A DNA stretch of 64,000 bases. It comes from Calditrichia bacterium. GTDB taxonomy: Bacteria > Calditrichota > Calditrichia > RBG-13-44-9 > J075. Below are positions 10,213-19,227 of this stretch, piece after piece. Under the pieces are notes generated by a model. The model saw nothing but the letters and a program-made list of their open reading frames with translations. It made no database searches and was not told where the DNA came from. The stretch is from contig JBOEGD010000018.1 of the NCBI GenBank assembly GCA_050633245.1, positions 96,001-160,000 on the forward strand. Reading direction: 5' to 3'. Position numbers and translations under genes: made by a program. Each line of letters begins with the position of its first letter. Position 1 is the first letter of the stretch.

Positions 10213-12399
10213 ATGAAAGTAATTAGATACACTTTAAGCCGAATATGGCTATTTTTTCTACTCCTCCCTGTGCTGGCTCTGGCACAACAGGGGAACGGCG
10301 GCATTGCCGGAAAAATAACGGACATCGAAACCGGACAGCCGCTCTTGGGTGCCAATGTTGTTGTGGTGGGAACCCTTTTGGGTACGACTACCGGTAATGA
10401 TGGGCGATATGCACTTACGAATCTTCCCGTTGGCAGTCACACACTTTCAATAAGCTATATTGGTTATTCGCACAAGGATGTTGCAGTTGTCATTGAAAAT
10501 GGGAAGTCCCAGACGCTGGATATTGAGCTGCGCACGTCTTCGGTGCTCTTCGATCAGGTTATCGTAACCGGCTCGCAGCAGCCTGAAGATCTTGCTCAGG
10601 CTGCAAATAGTGTTAACACAATGTCTCACGCCGAGATCCTCCCACGCGGTCATCACATGCTGGCTGGAGCGCTGCAAAAATTACCGGCAATTGACGAAAT
10701 TGGCGAAAATATCAGCATTCGCGGGGGATCCGGCTATAGCTTTCTAAGCGTAGGCGGAAGTCGCGTTATGATGCTCATTGACGGCGTTCCAATGTTGACC
10801 AGTGATTTTAGTCGTGCTAACTGGGATTTCCTTCCGGTTACTGAACTGGAACGTGTAGAAGTATTAAAAGGTGGCGGTTCGGTGTTATATGGCTCTGGTG
10901 GCGTCAGTGGCGTGGTAAATTTGATTAGTCGTCAACCTTCAAAAGATGCTCGTATCTCGTATCGCACTACCTTTGGTCAGTTTGATGATCCATCTGTTGA
11001 TGCGTGGAAATGGACAGAAGACAATCTGTATTATTACGGCGCAGACCTTAGTTACAGTCAGACCTTTGGCCCGATTGGACTCCGTCTTTCGGCATCGCGT
11101 TTTTTCTCAACCGGTTATCGTCAGAATTCGCAGTTGAGTCGTTACTATTTAACTGCACGTCCGATTATCAACTTCCCCGACGGTTCAAATCTACAAATGT
11201 TCATGGCATACAACCGTGAGGAGCGCGAGTTATTCTTTCTCTGGCGTAGCCAGAATAATGCACTTACCACGGAATATGAAGACGACGCAGAGGTTGATGG
11301 ACTGCTGATATCCGGTATTTACAACAAGGCTTTTTCACCGAACTTGTTGACAAAAACCCGCTTTTCATTGAATTCTCAGCTTCTTGGTTTGCCACTTAGC
11401 TTAACGGAAGGCTTCGATCCGGCATTGGGATTGTCGGGTGAATTTCGCACGGTTTGGCTGCCGCATAATCAGCATACGCTGACCTTCGGAATCGATTACC
11501 GTCATGATATTGCCACATCAGATTTTTTTGGTGACCATTCGGCAAACACCTATTCTCCGTATATGCAGGAAAATTGGAAGGTGACCGATGCGTTTCAAAT
11601 GAACCTTGGTTTTCGCTACGATGTGTATCACTTAAGAGGTGATGAGACGCTCAGCCAGTTTAGCCCGAAGTTTGGGATGAGTTATCAGCTGCATGCGAAC
11701 TCGGTTGTGCACGGGTCGATTGGGCGTGGTTTTCGCACACCGTCCATCGCAGAGCGCTTTACAGAGCATGATATTCAGGGAGCCGCTGAGCTGTTGAAAA
11801 ACCCCGATCTGAAGCCGGAAAAGACGGTGCTAATGGATTTGGGGCTCCGTCAGCGAATTAACGATAATGTCTCTTTCGAAATCGCCGGTTTCTTAAGCAA
11901 TTACGAAAATCTGATTGAACTGACGCAGGTTAGTGACATCAATCTGGTTCTACAGTTTCTGAACTGTGAGAAGGCACGTATTCTTGGAGTTGAGTCTCAG
12001 GCGGCAATGTCTTTCTGGAAAGATCGACTCTCACTGCGCGTCAACGGTACTTATATGAAGACCGAGACGCTCGGTGAAGATGAAGGTTGCCGACTTGGCG
12101 ATGGTGAAGCGCTTCCTTATCGTCCTGAATTTAGTGCGTTTGTGCTGCCTGCACTCCATTTAAATGGTGTGACTCTTGAATCGGAATATCGCTATCAGTC
12201 TCGCTTTAATCGCGTATCATTTTTCTTGAGCGAGCAGCGCGTTGCCCGCAAAACCTGGGACTTGCGCGCTCGTTATAAATGGCGCTCTATTAACTTGATG
12301 GCGCAGGTTAAGAATTTATTTAATTACAATTATACCACGGTTGAGCAAAATATTGGTGAGCTGCGAAACTTTTCGGTCTCGTTGGTTGGCGAGCTTTAA
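10213..12399 (+). CDS. TonB-dependent receptor (CarboxypepD_reg-like N-domain, plug, barrel)
   Basis: IAGKITDIETGQPLLGANV, ISIRGG, ERVEVLKGGGSVLYGSGGVSGVVNLI, NPDLKPEK. Confidence 0.92.
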   Translation: MKVIRYTLSRIWLFFLLLPVLALAQQGNGGIAGKITDIETGQPLLGANVVVVGTLLGTTTGNDGRYALTNLPVGSHTLSISYIGYSHKDVAVVIENGKSQTLDIELRTSSVLFDQVIVTGSQQPEDLAQAANSVNTMSHAEILPRGHHMLAGALQKLPAIDEIGENISIRGGSGYSFLSVGGSRVMMLIDGVPMLTSDFSRANWDFLPVTELERVEVLKGGGSVLYGSGGVSGVVNLISRQPSKDARISYRTTFGQFDDPSVDAWKWTEDNLYYYGADLSYSQTFGPIGLRLSASRFFSTGYRQNSQLSRYYLTARPIINFPDGSNLQMFMAYNREERELFFLWRSQNNALTTEYEDDAEVDGLLISGIYNKAFSPNLLTKTRFSLNSQLLGLPLSLTEGFDPALGLSGEFRTVWLPHNQHTLTFGIDYRHDIATSDFFGDHSANTYSPYMQENWKVTDAFQMNLGFRYDVYHLRGDETLSQFSPKFGMSYQLHANSVVHGSIGRGFRTPSIAERFTEHDIQGAAELLKNPDLKPEKTVLMDLGLRQRINDNVSFEIAGFLSNYENLIELTQVSDINLVLQFLNCEKARILGVESQAAMSFWKDRLSLRVNGTYMKTETLGEDEGCRLGDGEALPYRPEFSAFVLPALHLNGVTLESEYRYQSRFNRVSFFLSEQRVARKTWDLRARYKWRSINLMAQVKNLFNYNYTTVEQNIGELRNFSVSLVGEL

Positions 12400-12409
12400 C
12401 ATTTCCTAC

Positions 12410-12435
12410 AGCAGAGAGGCAGACGCCTCTCTGCT
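12410..12435. terminator. Terminator hairpin between convergent genes
   Basis: AGCAGAGAGGC-agac-GCCTCTCTGCT, a perfect 11-bp stem. Confidence 0.7.
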
Positions 12436-12450
12436 ATTTCCTGCCCAGGT

Positions 12451-13035
12451 TTATTTCAGATTGGTCTCTAAATCCAATAGCATAGTTTTCACATCAGTAT
12501 TTTTAGGAATTCCTGTTAGAGGAATTTGATTGAATACGCCGTTTCGCAACTCAACCAGCGAACCATCGATGGTCTTGTAAAGATTCCCGCTAAAGGTGCC
12601 GCTTACGACGCCATTTATTAAGTCGAATGAGGTTATTTCAACCGTCGCGGTAGAGCGGGTCGGATCAAAGGTTGCTTCCGCTGCAGGGTCTGTCGTGCTC
12701 GAAATACCGAGAACCAGCGTATTATTAACCGAGTTGGGAAAAGTGTAAACCTTCTCACTTATTCCGGTAAGATCTGCGACGGCAAGGGCAACTCCATCGA
12801 AGCTCCCGCTGACGCCTGCCACTCCAACCCCTACATAAGTAGTGCCGGAAGTCGTCGTGCTGGCTGCAACGCTTATAGATGTCCATGTCGCGCCGTTAAA
12901 TGATGCAGACATTGTTCCGGGTGGCGTGATGATTTCATTATCTCCATCGCTACCCATACCGTTGGAGTCACCGCTACACGCAGCCATAATAAATACAGTT
13001 AGCAAAAAAAATACAATGCGAATTGAAGTTCTCAT
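12451..13035 (-). CDS. Hypothetical beta-rich lipoprotein (DUF6252-like)
   Basis: RBS GGAGG and lipobox MAA-C. MSASFNGATW...VEITSFD..VVSGTFSG..NGVFN pattern. Confidence 0.65.
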   Translation of the reverse strand: MRTSIRIVFFLLTVFIMAACSGDSNGMGSDGDNEIITPPGTMSASFNGATWTSISVAASTTTSGTTYVGVGVAGVSGSFDGVALAVADLTGISEKVYTFPNSVNNTLVLGISSTTDPAAEATFDPTRSTATVEITSFDLINGVVSGTFSGNLYKTIDGSLVELRNGVFNQIPLTGIPKNTDVKTMLLDLETNLK

Positions 13036-13252
13036 TCTTCCTCCTGAGACCTGAAGTTGATAAGTAAAAGTAAGTTTATTCAATGAACAGCGTACCCGGT
13101 AACTCGCCGATACAAGATCGAGAGCAATATTACCGAGTTCAACAATTCAAGTGTGCGGGGGAATGAAGTGTTGATGCGAATATCTTGTAAGAAAGTTATC
13201 GCTGTAATAAAGCAGATTCAAGAGAAAAAGTTTGTTTTTGACAACCGTTTTT

Positions 13253-13298
13253 AAAAAAGGGCCACTTCCAAAATCGTTTTAAGTATGGAAATGGCCCT
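13253..13298 (-). terminator. Intrinsic terminator of the minus-strand toxin-like operon
   Basis: AGGGCCAcTTCCA...TGGAAaTGGCCCT stem followed by a T-run on the minus strand. Confidence 0.6.
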
Positions 13299-13313
13299 GA
13301 AGTTCAGGATATG

Positions 13314-16300
13314 CTAAGCCGGTTCTGTTGGTGGCGGGTTGGCGCAGAAGTGATATTCTGCAAAGGCCGATGCTGCCAGACTGCCCATGCCGAGTGCATC
13401 GATTATTGTGAGAATAACACGTGCCGGTTTTGGTTTAACCTTCGGCGGTTTCCACTTTAGGTCTGCAACACGTGCAAAATCGGTTATCGAACCAACGTGG
13501 TTTGCTACAATTTGCCACGTTGGGACCTCGTTGTCTCGTTCATAAATAGCAGCCATTATATTAAGAACGATGGCGATAAGAAAGCCGAAAATTGCCATTC
13601 CGGTTTCATGATTTTGCACAGCTTTTCTTATTAAAACCAAATCTACTACCTGGTAGATGGTATAAAAGACGACGGCAAGTACCTGAATCACTTCACTCCA
13701 ATCGACAAGAATGGCCAATGGGATTAAAGCAAAAATCCAAAATAACGGTACCATTGAGCTTAAACCATCTCCTGCTTCTTCAAGTATATGGGCAATTCCG
13801 CTAAACAGGCCTACCATTAACAAAAATACGCCTGCAACGATCCAGACATCGCATTTGGAGGCGCCGACATTAATCGCTTCAGGGCCTCCTACTGCGGTTT
13901 CTATAATATGAACCGGTATTGCTGCAATCATCGCGGCGAAATCTAGTATTGTAAACGGTAGTTCTCCTGACTGATTATTTATCAAAGCTAAGACCTCGCT
14001 AAATAGAGGAAGTTTTGCAGATGAATTTAAAAAGGCCGTAAGAGAATCTGGTTCTGCCAGTCCCTCCAGATTTGTTAATGCTTCGAGTGATAGATGTTCA
14101 AATGCAGTTAATATACCATCCATGCGGGGTTTAAACGCATCAATCAGGTCGTTCAATAGTAACGCGTTTGGGTTGTCTCCCATGAAAACACTCTCCATTA
14201 CCGCAGTAATGTTGTCAATGGAGACTTGAACATCTCCACTTACTTGTCCCTGAACATTGTTAAAAAAAGTTGTCAACTGGTCCCAACTACCGCCATCCAT
14301 TGAAGCCGTAATTAAGCTGCTATCCGGCAGAATTGGCGCCAGCCTGTCAAAAAGCCAGGTAACTGGCACCATGATTGTATCATCGATCGCGTTAATGATG
14401 TCGCCCAATGTTGTTAAGTCGATCGAGTCTGCCGCACTACCCAATGTGTCTTGACCTATCCCGGTTTGAAAGGTAGCAATACCGGCTGGCGCACCGGTTC
14501 GGAGCTGCGCAAAGGTCTCAGGGATTTTATCCTTAATACCGCTATCGGCTATTTTTTGCGGCAGACTGGCAATACCTTCGGTAATCATAGCGGCAATTTC
14601 ATCCTTACGCTGCAAAATCTTTTCCCAATCGAACAGATAGCCAAGCCACTCGAGCGCGGTTTCAAATACAATCTTTACTTCTTCGAAAATGGCGCGTATT
14701 ACATTGAACCCTTGAGAGATTATAGAGATTACGGTTTTGAATTCTCCGGCTACTGTATTAATTGTAACGACCAACTGCTTGACGAGTCCGCCTTCTACTA
14801 CGGTTTCTATTGCCAGCCCGATGACACCCAGAATACCTTCCTTAATGGATTCAAATACATCATGAATGTCGAAGCGTTCATTTAGTGAGCCGTCCAGTGC
14901 CGTGAAATGCGCGAACCCGAACTCAGGGAGATGTTCTGGGTTTCCCTCATAATCAGGAATCGTAAACTGGCCATGATTTGGCTTACTACGTCCGATAGAA
15001 GCACAGGTGGAGATCTGTGCTGCAAGTGCATCCGCATTGGCATCTTCCCCGGCTGGAAGCACCTTCGCCCCGTTACGACCTGTTGCCGTTCGCAATTCCT
15101 GACCGGTTAGATTATACATTCTGTCTGAGGTCGCAGCCGCTGCAGAAATCGTGTGCCACGTGCCGGCAGCATCACCCGCCAACCTAATGTTAAGCTTTGG
15201 AACCCACAAGTTTGCCAATTCTTCCGCAGGCTGCATAAATACTAATAAGCCATTCCCATCAGTCTCCAGACTTAATTGTTGAAACGGACCGACAACCAGC
15301 GTTTTACCATTAACCGAGAGGATCGTAGTCTCTTCCGCTTGAATAGTTACCGGATAGCCTGCGACTGCCTGTTTTAAATTATCGGTAACCGTTGAACGGG
15401 TGTTATACCACATGACCCATTCAGAAGCAGTGGATTCCGTTTCAATGTTTTCCAACTCCCAGTCCGTTTGCTGTGGGGAACGAAGATAACGGCTCAACTG
15501 TAAATCTATTCCGGTCAGGATAAAGACCGGTCCTTCGGTTTCTGTCAAAGTTGCTGATGCCCTTAGCGCTTTATCGGTAATCTCACGTAACGGAAAGAAG
15601 GTGCCTTCACTGTCTTTTGATGTATGCCAGACAGATCCTGTCGAGTCAACGCCAACTATATTAACTATGCCGACATCGTCAACTGTCCCATCTAGGTCGA
15701 CAAGTTCGACTGAGCCTATTTGCTGGAATTCTGAACCGTTTAATTGAAACAATCCTGATGCTGCACCAATTGTTCCAGCTGCATATACTGTGGTCTTTAG
15801 ATCATGAGTCAAACCGATAATCTTCGGCAAAAAGCCTTCTGTAAGGGTGGTAACGGTTCTCATTGGGGATGTTGCTCCATCTATTCCATCCCATGCTACC
15901 AGAGACTTTATCTCCGGAATAAATAAATACAGGTCCTGCTGCGTTCCATTGATTACCGGTGTCATGCTTGGCAATTTAGTAGGCCACCAACCACTGAAGC
16001 TCCGGTCTATCTGAAAGCGGAGTTGCCAGTTCTCAGCGCTTAATAAACTGTGACCAATTCGATAGGTGTAGTTCCAGGGATATTTAAAGCGCTGAAGATA
16101 TAATAGAAAAAATTCTACGCTGCCATCGCTTCGCTCATGTAGATCCAGCTCATAAAATCGTGCCTCTCCGGCAACGCTATTGCCTGCGGGAATACGAATC
16201 CATTCCCCCCAAACACCTGCTTCAGAGCGTACTCTTGTCGCTATCTCTAATGATTTTTCATCAGCAACAGCCAAATGAAGTTTACCGTCACTGGATGTAA

Positions 16301-16535
16301 GAGCGGCAACGCAAGTTTGAGGAATGGGACATTGTTGGTCTAGCTGACTCCATCCCGTATCAGAGGAGGAGTCTTGCTTGAGTAAGTAGAGCTTACCGTC
16401 TGTTCCACTGGAGAGAATCTCACTGAGACCATCGGGACCCTCAATTACAGTAAGACGATCAGCGGCATGAACAGGTCTATGAAAATACGCATTCTCAATT
16501 AATTGACTTTTGTGCTCCAGGTTATTTGTTGGCAT
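13314..16535 (-). CDS. Large (1073 aa) hypothetical protein: beta-propeller-like N-half, helical middle, multiple hydrophobic helices at the C-terminus; candidate pore-forming toxin component
   Basis: RBS GGAGG before the ATG at 16535, which overlaps the upstream gene's end. GTDGKLYLL..GWS and DSTGSVWH propeller-type repeats, a WLGYLFDWEKIL motif, about 5 hydrophobic segments in the last 200 aa, and no signal peptide. Confidence 0.6.
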   Translation of the reverse strand: MPTNNLEHKSQLIENAYFHRPVHAADRLTVIEGPDGLSEILSSGTDGKLYLLKQDSSSDTGWSQLDQQCPIPQTCVAALTSSDGKLHLAVADEKSLEIATRVRSEAGVWGEWIRIPAGNSVAGEARFYELDLHERSDGSVEFFLLYLQRFKYPWNYTYRIGHSLLSAENWQLRFQIDRSFSGWWPTKLPSMTPVINGTQQDLYLFIPEIKSLVAWDGIDGATSPMRTVTTLTEGFLPKIIGLTHDLKTTVYAAGTIGAASGLFQLNGSEFQQIGSVELVDLDGTVDDVGIVNIVGVDSTGSVWHTSKDSEGTFFPLREITDKALRASATLTETEGPVFILTGIDLQLSRYLRSPQQTDWELENIETESTASEWVMWYNTRSTVTDNLKQAVAGYPVTIQAEETTILSVNGKTLVVGPFQQLSLETDGNGLLVFMQPAEELANLWVPKLNIRLAGDAAGTWHTISAAAATSDRMYNLTGQELRTATGRNGAKVLPAGEDANADALAAQISTCASIGRSKPNHGQFTIPDYEGNPEHLPEFGFAHFTALDGSLNERFDIHDVFESIKEGILGVIGLAIETVVEGGLVKQLVVTINTVAGEFKTVISIISQGFNVIRAIFEEVKIVFETALEWLGYLFDWEKILQRKDEIAAMITEGIASLPQKIADSGIKDKIPETFAQLRTGAPAGIATFQTGIGQDTLGSAADSIDLTTLGDIINAIDDTIMVPVTWLFDRLAPILPDSSLITASMDGGSWDQLTTFFNNVQGQVSGDVQVSIDNITAVMESVFMGDNPNALLLNDLIDAFKPRMDGILTAFEHLSLEALTNLEGLAEPDSLTAFLNSSAKLPLFSEVLALINNQSGELPFTILDFAAMIAAIPVHIIETAVGGPEAINVGASKCDVWIVAGVFLLMVGLFSGIAHILEEAGDGLSSMVPLFWIFALIPLAILVDWSEVIQVLAVVFYTIYQVVDLVLIRKAVQNHETGMAIFGFLIAIVLNIMAAIYERDNEVPTWQIVANHVGSITDFARVADLKWKPPKVKPKPARVILTIIDALGMGSLAASAFAEYHFCANPPPTEPA

Positions 16536-17022
16536 TTTGTGCCTCCAGCGTATACAATACTGTGGCATGCCACCCTCGACCTCCTTTGTACTTGGCGGTA
16601 AAGCCAGGTATATTCGTTGCTGCGGTAATTGTGTTATCACCAAAAAGAGGAATATTCCAGGTCATCGTAAGGGTCTGTTCGGGATTGTCTTTTACCTGGT
16701 AGATAACTTTGCCGTAAAAGTTACACCCATCATAGTTACTGAACCATTCACCTGAACCACCTGCCGGAATATGGTCCGGTGGCTTCGTTGCCTTACTGTC
16801 AAGGCCTTCAGAACTAACGAGCTTGAGTTCAAAAGGACTTTGATTGCTTAGCTCGCCATCAAATGAGTATGCAGCCATCGGCAATGGCGTCATTGCAAGA
16901 ATGGCACTTGCAGCTTGTATTTGCACATGCTCATTTTCAGACTCTAATCCTTTCTCCAGGATATCAATTGCTTTTCCAACAGCGGTTTGAACTCTTTGAA
17001 AATCTAGTGGTTGTTTTGACAT
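16522..17022 (-). CDS. Aegerolysin/Cry34-like beta-sandwich protein with an N-terminal helical extension
   Basis: LSNQSPFELKL..PPDHIPAGGSGEW..G.VIY..MTWNIPLFGDN..GGRGWHATVLY follows the aegerolysin/ET79-like pattern. RBS GGGGA before the ATG at 17022. Confidence 0.6.
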   Translation of the reverse strand: MSKQPLDFQRVQTAVGKAIDILEKGLESENEHVQIQAASAILAMTPLPMAAYSFDGELSNQSPFELKLVSSEGLDSKATKPPDHIPAGGSGEWFSNYDGCNFYGKVIYQVKDNPEQTLTMTWNIPLFGDNTITAATNIPGFTAKYKGGRGWHATVLYTLEAQNANK

Positions 17023-17655
17023 GGAGTTTCCCCGTGATAATAGTAATTTGGACATGCAGCATCATGCATGTGACATATGGATTAATAGAATTAACCACCT
17101 GTACTTATCTCCCTTTTCGGGATAAGAAAAAATGTGATGATAAAAGACGATGTGAGTAAAAATGCTTGAAAAAGAATACACATACAAAAGAGTGATAACA
17201 AGACTAAACTTAGTATTTGATAAAATAGCATTGGAAGATTCACCCAAACTAGTCAAGAAACATTGATTTTCACTAAAATAGAATGTCCCCAATAGTCCAT
17301 TTTACAAAAATCTGATTATCTTTATCCTCTGGAAATAATCGCCTTGAGGTTCTCAGAGGTAGAATCAAAAACTCTTGTCGATAATGGGCTACAATAATTG
17401 ACAATTAATGTTGTTTTTTTTGGTAGAATTTCGTGTTGTTTTTGCTGCCTTTTCAGACCAAAAACGTGCAATGCCTTTTTTTCTGATTTTTTTTGAATGT
17501 GTTTTTCTTCCTGTTTATCCCACTATTTAGTTTTTGCTTTAAGTTTAATACAAAATAGACTTATGAGCTTTTTCTGCACGTTTAAAAAGGTTTCTAAACG
17601 TTCTTTGAGCTTATTGGGTTTATATCGGAATCTGATAGAATTATCGGAAACTGGT

Positions 17656-17685
17656 TTGAAACAGCGAAGGGCAATCTGCTATACT
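17656..17685 (+). promoter_or_regulatory. Candidate sigma70 promoter of the RiPP operon
   Basis: TTGAAA-N18-TATACT with TGn extended -10, 70 nt upstream of the ATG at 17756 (RBS AGGAG). Confidence 0.45.
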
Positions 17686-17755
17686 GAAACAGCATTTAAC
17701 AACGCCACATCAAATTCAACTTCGCAGTAACAGAATGCATCAAGCAGGAGAGTAA

Positions 17756-19225
17756 ATGCCGAACCTTTGTCTCGATAAGCAAACCATCTTCATAACCGAC
17801 GACAGCGGACTGCAGGTCCTGAATCGCAGAGGTTCCTTCCGCCTTCATGGCAAGGGTCTCGATTCTCTGCACACTCAGCTGAAGCCGTATTTAGATGGCT
17901 CGCTTGACGAAGAGACTCTGCTTCAGGCGATCCCACAAAACTCTCGGGAAGTAGTTACCTCTTATCTGGGCAAGATGAAAACTATCGGAGCACTCCAACC
18001 ATCCGGTCAGCATGCTGAAGCCGTAACAGAGATTGATGTTCCGTTAGATACTCTTCTACAGTCACCTGTAAGTTCCATCCATTTTCACTTGAACAACCAG
18101 CGGGCCTCGATTACAACAGATCGTGATTTAACGGCAGTAATTCCAAAAAAATCCGAGTATAAGATCTGTCTGATCTTTGAGCAAAAGCTTGATGAAATCA
18201 TTGCGCGAATCGAGCAGTTGACCCGCCATAATGGAACGGTTGGAATTCTGCTGATCTCGGGAGTTACTGGCAGACGTGAATTGCAGGAAAGCTTCGCAAA
18301 AAAAATGTTTTTACAGCAGGTACTCGATACTTTGCTTAGAAGCTATAGCGATATTTTTCAGAGCGAAACGCGCCTGACGGTGCATGCAGTTGACCTGGAA
18401 TGCAGCACTTTGAGTCAACTTTTACAGCTTGTTGAGAGCCCGGTTGAGCAAATAGAATTTGCCAATGTAAAAGATTGGTTTCAGCTGGTTGAGTTTAGCA
18501 ATGAAACACAGTTGCCACTGGTAAATGCGCGTCTTGCAGCGAAGTATCTCGATTTTCCAAAGCAGGCATGGGGACTTAGTTTTCAGAAGCTGGAGCGTCG
18601 ATTAATCCTCGAGCTGAAGTCGTCCTTGATCAGGCGTTTCTCAGACAATGCTCGCTTTCAGTTTTCTAAACCAGCACATCTTACATCCGCAGAAGAACGA
18701 AAGTCGGGTTTGCCTGCATCACACAATGAGTTCTATGTTGACGATTCCCTGGCTGAGCTGCGGCTTATCTGCCTGGAGTCTTTTCTGATGAAAAAAGTCA
18801 ATAAGACTGAGCTTGCCAGTAAGTCTAAAGAACACGATATGCTTTCGCGTGAATCGCTTGGAAACAGCTGCCAACTTTTAATGCAGATTCTTTCCCTGCG
18901 CCTAAAAGACTTTACTGTTAATCGCTATCAGTCTGAATCCGGACTGTTTGTCTATTGGTTAGAAGATTTTTGCTCCTATTCATTCATAGAAGAAAAGTCT
19001 TGCTTCGAGATGTTGATGTATATCGTCGGGCGGGTTTACTACGACACCCGTTTGGAAGCAACCGATATTCGCAGTGCTGCACTAGACTATGTGGCCGACG
19101 TAATTCTGAACGAACTCGTAGAAAAGCATTCGCTGGAGCTGGAGCAATCTTATCCGGAAGCTCGCTTTATTTATGTTGAGCAGGAGCTTTGGCAAGAAAA
19201 CTTATTCATGGGATATATAGGCTAA
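17756..19225 (+). CDS. Ocin-ThiF-like / TclI-TbtF-type RRE-containing partner of the YcaO cyclodehydratase
   Basis: N-terminal RRE-like winged helix (SFRLHGKGL..LKPYLDGSLDEETLL..VTSYLGKMKTIGAL) and a QLPL motif. Lies directly upstream of YcaO. Confidence 0.7.
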   Translation: MPNLCLDKQTIFITDDSGLQVLNRRGSFRLHGKGLDSLHTQLKPYLDGSLDEETLLQAIPQNSREVVTSYLGKMKTIGALQPSGQHAEAVTEIDVPLDTLLQSPVSSIHFHLNNQRASITTDRDLTAVIPKKSEYKICLIFEQKLDEIIARIEQLTRHNGTVGILLISGVTGRRELQESFAKKMFLQQVLDTLLRSYSDIFQSETRLTVHAVDLECSTLSQLLQLVESPVEQIEFANVKDWFQLVEFSNETQLPLVNARLAAKYLDFPKQAWGLSFQKLERRLILELKSSLIRRFSDNARFQFSKPAHLTSAEERKSGLPASHNEFYVDDSLAELRLICLESFLMKKVNKTELASKSKEHDMLSRESLGNSCQLLMQILSLRLKDFTVNRYQSESGLFVYWLEDFCSYSFIEEKSCFEMLMYIVGRVYYDTRLEATDIRSAALDYVADVILNELVEKHSLELEQSYPEARFIYVEQELWQENLFMGYIG

Positions 19226-19227
19226 AA

